A stretch of DNA of 60,290 bases from Halorhodospira sp. (GCA_007121755.1 SKJZ01000039.1:1-60290), one strand, 5' to 3'; shown: positions 36,094 through 44,864, counted from the first letter of the stretch. Made by a program: numbers and translations. Notes: generated from the sequence alone by a model not told the origin.

Positions 36094-37353
36094 ATGAAGG
36101 CCGTTGGAGAGCTGGGTATCGATCTCGAGGGCCTGCAGCGGCAGTTCTCTGAAGAGGCCGATCTTGCCCGTGGCGGTGGCGGCGAGGGCTTTCTCGCGGC
36201 GTTGCTGGAGACGCCGTTGCTGAAGGAGAGCGGTCTCTCGGCGGACGAACTCGCCACCGTGCTGGAACAAATGGCCGATGGCGACTTCACCGGTGGCGGC
36301 GAGACTCTGCCGGGTAACGGCGAAGGTTCGCCGAAGGATCTGTTGGCTCTGTTGGCCGCACTGGGGAGTGGCGAGGACCGGTTGGATCTTGGCGGCGGGC
36401 CGGCTGCCGCAGGTAACTCTGACGGCCTTGCCACGGAAGATGGGGCCGCGGTCTCCTATCAGGAGCGTGCCCGCCTGTTGCGCGCGCTGGCCGATTTGCA
36501 GGCCGAGGGGGTCGCGCCCGACGAAATGGCGGCCGCCCTCCAGGAGCGGCTTGGTGACGTCGCGCAGGAAGAGGTGGTCGATGAGACTATCCATATGGCG
36601 GCGGCCGGCGCATTGACCCTGCTCAGTGCGCTGGAGGGGGGCGGCGCGGTCGACGAGGTCCGCCGGAATGCCGCCATGGGTGAGCAGATTGCCCGGGAGA
36701 TGAGGGCGGCGGGCGCACTGAATCCATTGACCGACTCTCTCGGTTCAGTCGGCGGGCCACTCGGTGGTGAGGTGGGCGGTGGTGCCGACGGCGAGACCGG
36801 CGCGGAGCGCCGCCATCCTGAGGGTCTGCTGCAAGCCGCCGAAGGCGGGTCGAGGGGCTCTACGGCGCACGGCGAGTTCACCACCGTTTTGGCGGCCACC
36901 GGGGCGTCCGGGGCCGAACGGGGCGCTGCCGCCGTGCAGCTGACAGTGCAGCCGCCGGTGGGCCAGAATGGCTTCGGTAATGCTGTCGGTGAGCGAGTGG
37001 TCTGGATGGTCAACGAGAACGTCCAGCACGCCCGGCTCCAACTGAACCCGCCCGGCCTTGGTCCAGTGGAGGTCAGTGTCCAGGTCGGCGACGACCGGAC
37101 CACGATTACCTTCAGTGCCCAGAACGCCGCCGCGCGCGAGGCGCTGGAGGCCGAATTGCCGCGTCTCAGGCAGATGTTGGCCGAGCAAGGCCATGAGCAC
37201 GTCGATGTGAATGTCTCTCAGGGCGAGGCGCGGGAGCGTGATGAAGAGGGCGCGGCCAGCGCCGATGGCGACGGCGGCGACGACCCCGCGGAGAACGGCG
37301 ACCACAGTAACGCCGTGGCCGCGGGTTCCGGGTTGGTGGACCACTACGCCTGA
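36094..37353 (+). CDS. fliK: Hook-length control protein FliK
   Basis: Low-complexity A/G/E-rich N-terminal region. C-terminal Flg_hook domain (ARLQLNPPGLGPVEVSVQVGDDRTTITFSAQNAAAREALE). Confidence 0.85.
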   Translation: MKAVGELGIDLEGLQRQFSEEADLARGGGGEGFLAALLETPLLKESGLSADELATVLEQMADGDFTGGGETLPGNGEGSPKDLLALLAALGSGEDRLDLGGGPAAAGNSDGLATEDGAAVSYQERARLLRALADLQAEGVAPDEMAAALQERLGDVAQEEVVDETIHMAAAGALTLLSALEGGGAVDEVRRNAAMGEQIAREMRAAGALNPLTDSLGSVGGPLGGEVGGGADGETGAERRHPEGLLQAAEGGSRGSTAHGEFTTVLAATGASGAERGAAAVQLTVQPPVGQNGFGNAVGERVVWMVNENVQHARLQLNPPGLGPVEVSVQVGDDRTTITFSAQNAAAREALEAELPRLRQMLAEQGHEHVDVNVSQGEARERDEEGAASADGDGGDDPAENGDHSNAVAAGSGLVDHYA

Positions 37354-38147
37354 CGGCGGGTGGCGGTGCGGTGTCCGGCGGCCAGGCGTAACGGCGCCAT
37401 CGCCGTCAGCACTGCCACCAGGACTGGTGCAAAGGGCAGGTCGGCAGTGATCGCCAGTACATAGGCGGCGGTATATCCGATTGCGGCAATCCCCAGAGTC
37501 CACACTACCGCCCGCCGCCATCCGCCGGCGAATGCGAAGGCGATCCATGAGGGAATAAAGACCAGCGCGAAGGCCGCCATTACCCCCATTACCAGCGCAG
37601 CCACCGCCACTGCCAGTGCGGTGACTAAATCGAACCCGAGAATCACCGGCCACTGCGGCCGCCCATTGGCCGGATCGTGGCCGGGGAAGAGGTGGTGGCG
37701 GAGCAGTCGGCGGGAGAGCAGCGGCAGGAGCAGGGCGGTGATCGCCGCCGCTGTAGCCGCAGCGGTAAGTTCGGCGGGGCCAGCGAAGTAGAGCTGTCCA
37801 TCCACCAGGGCGTCGCCCAGCAGCTTTGCGTGGTGGGTCATGGACGCCCCTACCAGCATCGCGCTCCATCCGAAGAGGATCAGCCAGGCGTAGACGTCGT
37901 TGCCGCTGCGCCGCAACGCACCCTTGATGGCCACCGCCAAGACGCTGGCGCCCAGGGCCGCGGCCAGTGGCGGCGCGCCGATGAGCAGGCCGGCAACACC
38001 GCCGGCGCCCGCCAAATGGGCAAAGCCGAGTGCGGCCAGCCACTCCGCCCGCAGGCGCAGGTAGAGCCCCACGCTGGCCACCGCCAGGGCGGCGGCAAGG
38101 CCGGCGACCAGTGGGACGCGGAAGAGTGGGTCGAAGAGGATCTCCAT
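37344..38147 (-). CDS. Metal ABC transporter permease (ZnuB/ABC-3 family)
   Basis: 267-aa polytopic membrane protein in a ZnuA-C-B type operon. Its 3' end overlaps the fliK 3' end by 10 bp (convergent genes). Confidence 0.8.
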   Translation of the reverse strand: MEILFDPLFRVPLVAGLAAALAVASVGLYLRLRAEWLAALGFAHLAGAGGVAGLLIGAPPLAAALGASVLAVAIKGALRRSGNDVYAWLILFGWSAMLVGASMTHHAKLLGDALVDGQLYFAGPAELTAAATAAAITALLLPLLSRRLLRHHLFPGHDPANGRPQWPVILGFDLVTALAVAVAALVMGVMAAFALVFIPSWIAFAFAGGWRRAVVWTLGIAAIGYTAAYVLAITADLPFAPVLVAVLTAMAPLRLAAGHRTATRRQA

Positions 38148-38148
38148 C

Positions 38149-38772
38149 TCAGGCCGCCCCCGCTTCCGCGGGGTGCCCGTTGGGCTCCAAGTGAACTACC
38201 CGGCGGCAGACCCGCTCCACGAAGTCGGCGTCGTGGCTGATGATCAGTGCCCCCCGATGGTCCTCAAGCCGTTGTAGGCCGTCGATGAGCAGATCCCGGC
38301 CCTGGGTGTCGAGGTTGTTGGTGGGCTCGTCGAGCAGTACCAAAGCGCCTTTGTGTCCCAAGACTGACCAGATCACCAGGCTTTGCCGCTGCCCGCCGCT
38401 GAGCCGGTCAATGCGGCAGCCGAGCAAGGGTCGCAGAGACGGTGGCAGGTTTGCAGTGGAGGTCCCCATGAGCGCCATCAGCTCATCGCCACGGAGCGGC
38501 AGCTCCCCGCCCTGGTAAGGGCTTTGGGTTTGGCAGGAGATCCCGGCTCCGGCCGGGATCTCCACCGTGCCGCCGAAGCGGCGGGCCTGACCGGTGAGCA
38601 CGCCGAGGACGGTGGTCTTGCCCGACCCGTTGGGGCCGGCCAATCCCACTACCTCGCCCCGGTGGACGGTCAAAGAGAGCGGGCCGACCACCGGTTCAGT
38701 GTAGCCGGCACGCAAGTGGTGGATCGATAACAGCGGAGTGGAAGAGGTCACCGTGCGCCCGTTGCCGCCCAT
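38149..38772 (-). CDS. Metal ABC transporter ATP-binding protein (ZnuC-like)
   Basis: Walker A GPNGSGKTT, signature LSGGQRQ, Walker B LVLLDEPTNNLD. Confidence 0.85.
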   Translation of the reverse strand: MGGNGRTVTSSTPLLSIHHLRAGYTEPVVGPLSLTVHRGEVVGLAGPNGSGKTTVLGVLTGQARRFGGTVEIPAGAGISCQTQSPYQGGELPLRGDELMALMGTSTANLPPSLRPLLGCRIDRLSGGQRQSLVIWSVLGHKGALVLLDEPTNNLDTQGRDLLIDGLQRLEDHRGALIISHDADFVERVCRRVVHLEPNGHPAEAGAA

Positions 38773-39650
38773 ACAATGGCGTCAATGGTGTCGAAGTAGT
38801 CGTCGGCATCGCCGCCGACCGGGACGTGGGTCGGCAACGCGTGGTAGTTCCATCCCAGCTCCCGCTGGATGAAACGCGCCCCGCCCGCCGGCTGGAAATC
38901 GGTGAAGAGGGTTGCACCCTGCCGGTCCTGCAGGTCACGGACCAGTTGGCGCAAGTGGCGCGCGGTGGGTGGGATGCCCGGCAGCGGTTCCAGGTAGCCG
39001 TGGATCGGTATGCCGAGTCGTTCCATTAAGTAGTCCATGTCTTCGTGGAAAAGTAACACGCCCGGTGCGCTAGCGGCCATCTCCTGCCATCGCGGCAGGC
39101 GTTTGTCCACGGTGGCCTCGAAGCGTGCTGCGTTGTTTTGGAATGTCTCCCGGTGTTCCGGCGCCAGTTCGGCCAGACGGCCAGCCAAGGCGTGGGCCAC
39201 TTGCGCCGTGCGTACCGGGTCGAGGTAGATGTGGGGGTTCCCCGCCGGGTGGACGTCGCCCTGCCCGCGGTCGGGAGCGGCGTGCCCGATCAAATCCACA
39301 TGGGCCACCGCCTCGAAATAGCCGGGGCGGCCGGGCATCACCGCCGGATTGCTGGCGCCGCGCAGCGCCGCCGGCAGCCACCCTTCCTCCAACTCCGCGC
39401 CCACGGAGACCACGAGATCGGCGCGGCGCAGTGCGGCCATCATCGACGGGCGGGCCTCCAGGTAGTGGACGTCGCGGTCGGGCGGGGCCATGGTGACCAC
39501 CTCCACGTGGGGGCCGCCGATCTCCTGGGCCAACATGGCCATGTTGGTTGTGGTGGCGGCGACTTGCACGGGGCTCGCAGCGGCGGTCCCGAAGGTCGTG
39601 ATGGCGGCGAGCGCGGCCAAGGCGGTGGTGACCCATCTTCTGTGCCACAT
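38748..39650 (-). CDS. Periplasmic metal-binding protein, cluster A-I (ZnuA/TroA family)
   Basis: Signal peptide. ZnuA-type metal-ligand motifs (DVHYLEARPS, DVHPAGNPHIYLDP, LLFHEDMDY). No long His-rich loop. Confidence 0.85.
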   Translation of the reverse strand: MWHRRWVTTALAALAAITTFGTAAASPVQVAATTTNMAMLAQEIGGPHVEVVTMAPPDRDVHYLEARPSMMAALRRADLVVSVGAELEEGWLPAALRGASNPAVMPGRPGYFEAVAHVDLIGHAAPDRGQGDVHPAGNPHIYLDPVRTAQVAHALAGRLAELAPEHRETFQNNAARFEATVDKRLPRWQEMAASAPGVLLFHEDMDYLMERLGIPIHGYLEPLPGIPPTARHLRQLVRDLQDRQGATLFTDFQPAGGARFIQRELGWNYHALPTHVPVGGDADDYFDTIDAIVWAATGAR

Positions 39651-39699
39651 GGTGATGGACTCCTTTAGTTATAACGACTTCGGCGCGCGGAAGGCTCTC

Positions 39700-41046
39700 T
39701 TAAAATGGGTGGGCTCCGTGGGCGCCCAGGCTCAGGTTGTACTGGAGCATGAACTGCCAAGCGCCGTGACCTTCGTCGTCATTGTCCTCCTCGGCGAAGT
39801 CGGAGTAGTTGAACTGTGCCCGGATAAATGAGAAGTCGGATGGGTGGAACGTGACGTTGGCGGAGTACCGGTACGACGTGTCCATCGACTCGAAGCGGCC
39901 GTTGTCAAGGTCGGCTTCCAAGGTGTCGTTGGTCAACCCGATGGCCTCGGCGCGCAGTCCGGCGCGCCAGCGGGGGGCGATGCCGTAGACGGTTTGCAGA
40001 TAAATGCCGTCCTGCTTAGCGGTGCCGGAGATCCTGTCGTCTACGTTGAGCGTGTCAACGTCCTGGAACGTCTGGCTGCGATATGTCGCGTCGATGTTGC
40101 GCACGAAGTACTCACCCTGGACGATCCATTGACGGTGCCCCATGTAGCCGCCCGGGTCGTACTTGTAGACGGCGTCGATACCGGCGAACCAGCTGTCGCC
40201 GTCCCACGTCTCCAGCCGCCCGGAGGAGTGCGCCTCGACCATCTGGAAGGCGCGGGCGCTGCCGGCGGAAATGCCGAACTGTGCCGCGTGATCGAAGCCG
40301 AGGTCCGGGCCCCACTTGGCGAATACGGTGCCCAGGCGCGGGCCGCTGACATCGTCGAGCCCGTTGTCGGCACGCCAGCGGAGGCGATCCGGTTCTCCGG
40401 TGTCGTCGGCGTAACCGAGGACGGTGTGTTCCCCAGCCCCCTCGTAATTGGCGATGCCGGAAGTCTCCCCCTGCAATACCTCCACGCCGAGGCGCAGGTA
40501 GCTTCGGGTAGGCGCCAGCCAACTAAGTTGCACGCCGTTCTCCTGCAGCCCTTCATCGCCGAAGAGGTGCTCATTGATCAAAGGCCGATCGACGAAGTCC
40601 CAGTCGTGGGGATGTTGTTGGTTGATGTAGCCGACGTCCGAGAGGAACCGCCCCGCTTTGACTTGCAGCCCGGCGGGCAGTGCGCGAGTGGTCAGGTACG
40701 CCTCTTCCAGCTCAATCCCTGAGGTGCCTTCGACGGCGAGGTTGACGAGGGCGTCGAAGTAAGGGTCCACTGTCGATTGGAAGACGATTTCCGTCTCCCG
40801 CAGGTTGAAGCCGTCTATAAGGTCGTGGTCGTGGTCGTGGTGATCGTGCCCGATCTCGAAGCCGGCCGGGTCGTCAGCGTGGCCGGAGAACTCGTTGGCG
40901 TAGACCGCGTCCAACACGACCGAGATCGACGGGTTTAAGGCCGTGCCGGCGGTAACCCGCTCGGTGGAGGCGTGGAGCGGTGTTCCGGCGGCGACACCCA
41001 GGATCAGTAGGGTCGCCGCAGGCGTGGTGGTGATGGACTGTTTCAT
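39700..41046 (-). CDS. Putative outer-membrane beta-barrel (porin-like) protein with a His/Asp-rich metal-binding motif
   Basis: Signal peptide (MKQSITTTPAATLLILGVAAGTPLHA). HDHHDHDHD run near the N-terminus. Alternating beta-strand pattern with a C-terminal aromatic residue (HPF). First gene of the metal module. Confidence 0.6.
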   Translation of the reverse strand: MKQSITTTPAATLLILGVAAGTPLHASTERVTAGTALNPSISVVLDAVYANEFSGHADDPAGFEIGHDHHDHDHDLIDGFNLRETEIVFQSTVDPYFDALVNLAVEGTSGIELEEAYLTTRALPAGLQVKAGRFLSDVGYINQQHPHDWDFVDRPLINEHLFGDEGLQENGVQLSWLAPTRSYLRLGVEVLQGETSGIANYEGAGEHTVLGYADDTGEPDRLRWRADNGLDDVSGPRLGTVFAKWGPDLGFDHAAQFGISAGSARAFQMVEAHSSGRLETWDGDSWFAGIDAVYKYDPGGYMGHRQWIVQGEYFVRNIDATYRSQTFQDVDTLNVDDRISGTAKQDGIYLQTVYGIAPRWRAGLRAEAIGLTNDTLEADLDNGRFESMDTSYRYSANVTFHPSDFSFIRAQFNYSDFAEEDNDDEGHGAWQFMLQYNLSLGAHGAHPF

Positions 41047-41082
41047 CTTCTAGCGCGCTCCCGGTGCCGTGCTCATTGTTTG

Positions 41083-41098
41083 TGGCGCATAATTTGCT
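41083..41098 (+). promoter_or_regulatory. Sigma54 promoter candidate for the fliL operon
   Basis: TGGCGC-ATAAT-TTGCT with exact GG-N10-GC spacing. Implies a leader of about 230 nt before the fliL start. Confidence 0.55.
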
Positions 41099-41187
41099 TG
41101 TTAGCTTGCACCGCATGCGCCGGTATGGGGTCAAGTATTCGGTCAAGCTTCTCCCCGGGCGGCCGATGAAGATAGTGAGGGATCGAG

Positions 41188-41228
41188 CCCCGGAGGTTAA
41201 TGCAAAGTAATTGCATTAACCTCCGGGG
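41188..41228. repeat. Perfect 18-bp inverted repeat in the divergent region between the outer-membrane barrel gene and fliL (operator or leader hairpin)
   Basis: CCCCGGAGGTTAATGCAA-AGTAA-TTGCATTAACCTCCGGGG. Confidence 0.75.
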
Positions 41229-41343
41229 TCAAGTGGGCTACTTGGTCGGCCGTGTTGCGTTAGACTAGGCACGGGGAAGCCGTTCCAATTTGAGGAACGG
41301 CGATAGTCATGTTGAGCGGAAACGGGGTACAGGAGGCACCGTA

Positions 41344-41799
41344 GTGCCGAAGCTGTTATACGCATTGATGGGTGTGATGACGCTGGTGATGTTGGTGACG
41401 CTGGGCGTCGTCGCTGCCTTCGCGCTGGGGTACATCACGCCGCCGGGAATCGACCAGGAGCCCAGCGTAGAGCCGCTTGGGGAGCCGCAGTACCTCAAGC
41501 TGGAGCCGCCGTTGACGGTGAACTTCGAGCGCGGACAACGGATCAGTTATCTGCAGGCCGAGGTGGAGATCATGTCGCGGCAGGAAGTGGCATTGGAGGG
41601 CGTTCAGCGCCACATGCCGGTGATCCGTAACAATCTGTTGCTGCTGTTTGCCGACCAGAGCTTCCAGGACCTCAATACCCGCGAGGGGCGGGAGAGGTTG
41701 CGACGGGAGTCGTTGCTGGAGATCAATGACATTCTCGAGGAGAAGCAGGTCAACGCCGAGGTCGAGGCGATCTACTTCACCAGTTTTATCATGCAGTAG
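41344..41799 (+). CDS. fliL: Flagellar basal body-associated protein FliL
   Basis: Single TM (LLYALMGVMTLVMLVTLGVV) plus FliL domain (YLKLEPPLTVNF, IYFTSFIMQ). AGGAGG ribosome-binding site before the GTG at 41344; the ORF is open from 41290. Confidence 0.85.
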   Translation: MPKLLYALMGVMTLVMLVTLGVVAAFALGYITPPGIDQEPSVEPLGEPQYLKLEPPLTVNFERGQRISYLQAEVEIMSRQEVALEGVQRHMPVIRNNLLLLFADQSFQDLNTREGRERLRRESLLEINDILEEKQVNAEVEAIYFTSFIMQ

Positions 41800-41820
41800 C
41801 GCTGACAGCGGGTTTTCGCC

Positions 41821-43095
41821 ATGGCGCAGCAGGACATACTTAGTCAGGACGAGATCGACGCCCTGCTCCACGGGCTCGACGACGGTGAGGTTGAGTCCGA
41901 GGAGGAAGAGGGTAGTGGCGAACTAAGGTCTTATAACTTTACCGCCGAGGAGCGCATCGTCCGGGGCCGGATGCCGACCCTGGAGATGATCAACGAGCGC
42001 TTCGGGCGGCTCTTTCGTATCGGCTTATTCAACATGTTGCGCCGCACGCCGGAGGTTTCGGTTACCGGCGTGGACATGATGAAGTTCGGCGAGTACATCC
42101 ATACTCTCTTCGTCCCCACCAGCCTGAACCTGATCCGCCTGCCGCCGCTGCGCGGTACCGGGCTGTTCGTATTCGATCCGAAGCTGGTCTTCCTGGTGGT
42201 GGATAACTTTTTCGGCGGCGGTGGCCACTTCTACCTCAAGGTAGAGGGGCGCGAGTTCACCCCGACCGAGCAGCGGGTGATCCGGTTGCTTCTCGATCAG
42301 GCCTTCGAGGATTTGGGCGAGGCGTGGCAGCCGATACTCGAAGTGGCCTTCGAATATGTGAATATGGAGGTGAACCCGCAGTTCGCCAACATCGTTAGCC
42401 CCACCGAGGTCGTGGTGGTGAGCAAGTTTCATGTCGAGCTGGACGGTGGCGGCGGGGAGATGCATCTGACGCTGCCGTACACCATGATCGAGCCCATCCG
42501 GGATATCCTCGATGCCGGCGTGCAGTCGGACCGCATGGATGTCGATCAGCGGTGGACCCGGTCGCTCCGCGAGGAGATGAAAAGCGCGAAGGTCCACATG
42601 CAGAGCACCCTGGCGCGGGCCGATCTGACCTTGCGCGACCTGGTCCGGCTGCAGGCGGGCGACATCATCCCCATAGAGATGCCGGAACAGGTGATCGTCG
42701 AGGCGGAAGACGTACCGTTATTCCGCGGCGTTTATGGAACCTGTAACGGCCATGCGGCGGTGCGGATCAGTGAGGTGATTCGTGACCATCAGCGTGAGGG
42801 GTTGTTGCCGAAGTATGAAGAGGTCCGGCGCAAGGGGATGCTGGCCCACTTGCAGGACGGGGAGGCGCCGGAAGAGGCGGAGGCGTCCGGGCAGCACGCG
42901 CCACCCGCGGAGGCGGCGGGCGGTGCTGCGGCAGCGCCGGCAACGGCTCCGGAGCAGAGGGGCGGCCGGCGGCCGGAGGAGCCGACACCCGCTGCCGAGA
43001 CGGCTCAGCGGCCAACAGTAGGCAAGGGCCACGGGAATACCATGGCCGATTTCGGCGATGAGTGGGATCTCCTGACGGGCGAGGAAGATCAATGA
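41821..43095 (+). CDS. fliM: Switch protein FliM, with a C-terminal extension of about 100 aa
   Basis: N-terminal CheY-P binding peptide LSQDEIDALL. FliM middle domain and SpoA-like domain (DLVRLQAGDIIPIE). 424 aa against about 330 typical. Confidence 0.92.
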   Translation: MAQQDILSQDEIDALLHGLDDGEVESEEEEGSGELRSYNFTAEERIVRGRMPTLEMINERFGRLFRIGLFNMLRRTPEVSVTGVDMMKFGEYIHTLFVPTSLNLIRLPPLRGTGLFVFDPKLVFLVVDNFFGGGGHFYLKVEGREFTPTEQRVIRLLLDQAFEDLGEAWQPILEVAFEYVNMEVNPQFANIVSPTEVVVVSKFHVELDGGGGEMHLTLPYTMIEPIRDILDAGVQSDRMDVDQRWTRSLREEMKSAKVHMQSTLARADLTLRDLVRLQAGDIIPIEMPEQVIVEAEDVPLFRGVYGTCNGHAAVRISEVIRDHQREGLLPKYEEVRRKGMLAHLQDGEAPEEAEASGQHAPPAEAAGGAAAAPATAPEQRGGRRPEEPTPAAETAQRPTVGKGHGNTMADFGDEWDLLTGEEDQ

Positions 43096-43508
43096 GTGAA
43101 GAGAACGAGAACGGTGACGTCGAGGACGCTTGGGCGGACGCCCTAGCGGAGCAGGATGAAGTCGAGGGGGGCGCAGGCGATGGCGCCTACGCAATGGAAC
43201 TCGACGAGTTCGACTCCAGGGCCTCGAAGTTGGGGGGGGGTAACGAGGAGGGCAATCTCGACGTCATCCTCGATATCCCGGTAACGCTCTCCATGGAGAT
43301 CGGGCGAACTCAAATCAGTATCCGCCATCTGCTGCAACTCAACCAGGGTTCCGTGGTGGAACTAGACCGCCTGGCCGGCGAGCCGCTGGACGTTATGGTC
43401 AACGGTACTCTCATCGCTCACGGAGAGGTGGTGGTGGTGAATGAGCGCTTCGGGATCCGGCTGACCGATGTAATCAGTCCGGCAGAGCGGGTGAAGAAGC
43501 TGCGCTGA
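43092..43508 (+). CDS. fliN: Switch protein FliN
   Basis: SpoA domain (ILDIPVTLSMEIGRTQISIRHLLQLNQGSVVELD, NGTLIAHGEVVVVNERFGIRLTDV). ATGA overlap with the fliM stop. Confidence 0.92.
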   Translation: MSEENENGDVEDAWADALAEQDEVEGGAGDGAYAMELDEFDSRASKLGGGNEEGNLDVILDIPVTLSMEIGRTQISIRHLLQLNQGSVVELDRLAGEPLDVMVNGTLIAHGEVVVVNERFGIRLTDVISPAERVKKLR

Positions 43509-43969
43509 TGCGTGCGCCACGCGCCGCGGTGGTGGGACGACGGTTCGGCGTCGCTTTAGTGGGTTTTAGCGTCAATATCCTGGCGTCGGGGTCGGTGGCC
43601 GCTGCCCAGCCGCTGCCCGGTGTCGAAGGCGCCGCGGTCATTCGTATTGTGCTGGCGCTTTTGCTGGTGCTCGCCCTGATTGGCGGCCTGGCCTGGATGC
43701 TGCGCCGGTACGGGCCGGTCCAGGGCGCCGTGTCCGGCGAGTTGCGGGTGCTCGCCTCCCTCTCAGTGGGCCACCGGGAACGGGTGGTTCTGGTTCAGAT
43801 TGGAGAGACTCAACTGTTGCTCGGGGTGGCTCCCGGGCGGGTACAGACCTTGCATGTTTTGGATCGCCCCGTGGCCGGGGCCAGTGGGACCAATGGAGTC
43901 CCGCGGGAAGTGCAAGGCAGCCCGTTCGCGGAGCGGCTGCGTCGGATGATGCAGCAACCCGGTAGATAA
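43508..43969 (+). CDS. fliO: Flagellar export apparatus protein FliO
   Basis: Single TM (IRIVLALLLVLALIGGLAWML) and FliO motif (LRVLASLSVGHRERVVLVQIGETQLLLGV). Confidence 0.75.
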   Translation: MRAPRAAVVGRRFGVALVGFSVNILASGSVAAAQPLPGVEGAAVIRIVLALLLVLALIGGLAWMLRRYGPVQGAVSGELRVLASLSVGHRERVVLVQIGETQLLLGVAPGRVQTLHVLDRPVAGASGTNGVPREVQGSPFAERLRRMMQQPGR

Positions 43970-43975
43970 CAGTTA

Positions 43976-44731
43976 ATGCGGATCTCTCGCTCTCTCTTTA
44001 CAGCGCTTCCGGTGCTGGCAGCGGCCTTGTTGCCAGCGGTCGCCGTGGCGCAGCAGCCGGGTTTGGACGCACTGACCATCCGGGAGACCGGGGACGGGCA
44101 GGTGTGGTCGCTCAGTGTCCAGGTTTTGGTCCTGATGACACTGCTCACGCTGCTGCCGGCCATGGTGATGATGATGACCGCGTTCACGCGGATCATCGTG
44201 GTCCTGGCCATACTCCGGCAGGCCTTGGGCACCGCCTCCACGCCCTCCAATCAAGTGTTGATCGGGCTGGCGCTCTTCCTGACGCTCTTTGTGATGATGC
44301 CCGTCTTTGACGAAGTTCGGGAGGCGGCATTTGAGCCCTACATGAACGGGGAGATCGAGGCGCCGGAGGCGCTGCAGGCCGGCAGCGAGCCTTTGCGCGA
44401 CTTCATGATTGCCCAGACGCGCGAGGAAGACATCGGGCTTTTCCTGCGTATCGCCGACTACGGTGAGGTGGAGACGCCGGATGACGTCCCACTGTCGATC
44501 CTGATACCGGCGTTTATGACCAGTGAACTCAAGACGGCGTTCATTATCGGCTTTGTGCTCTACCTGCCGTTCCTGGTCATCGACTTGGTGGTGGCCAGCA
44601 CGCTGATGTCGATGGGCATGCTGATGCTTTCACCGATGATTATCTCACTGCCGTTCAAAATCATGCTCTTCGTCCTGGTCGACGGGTGGTCGCTGGTGAT
44701 GGGGACGTTGGCGTCGAGCTTTTTCATATGA
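43976..44731 (+). CDS. fliP: Flagellar export apparatus protein FliP
   Basis: Conserved FliP segments ([57 protein letters not shown]). Confidence 0.95.
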   Translation: MRISRSLFTALPVLAAALLPAVAVAQQPGLDALTIRETGDGQVWSLSVQVLVLMTLLTLLPAMVMMMTAFTRIIVVLAILRQALGTASTPSNQVLIGLALFLTLFVMMPVFDEVREAAFEPYMNGEIEAPEALQAGSEPLRDFMIAQTREEDIGLFLRIADYGEVETPDDVPLSILIPAFMTSELKTAFIIGFVLYLPFLVIDLVVASTLMSMGMLMLSPMIISLPFKIMLFVLVDGWSLVMGTLASSFFI

Positions 44732-44864
44732 CGCCCCAAGGCGGCAATACCTTTCCGCCTTGGGCGGCAAGAGACGGCTCCAACCGGCAACTGTATGCCG
44801 GGTGCCGGAGCCGGAAGCCGTTTGCCGCGGAACGGCAAGAGTTGAACATTAATGGAAGTTAGCT

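Noticed and set aside
37344-41046. Possibility that the metal module, or the TonB-dependent receptor at 17793-20024, is a mobile genomic island.
   Set aside because: No integrase, transposase, tRNA gene or flanking direct repeats are visible, and GC content looks similar to the flanks by eye. The insertion may be old, so mobility cannot be claimed.
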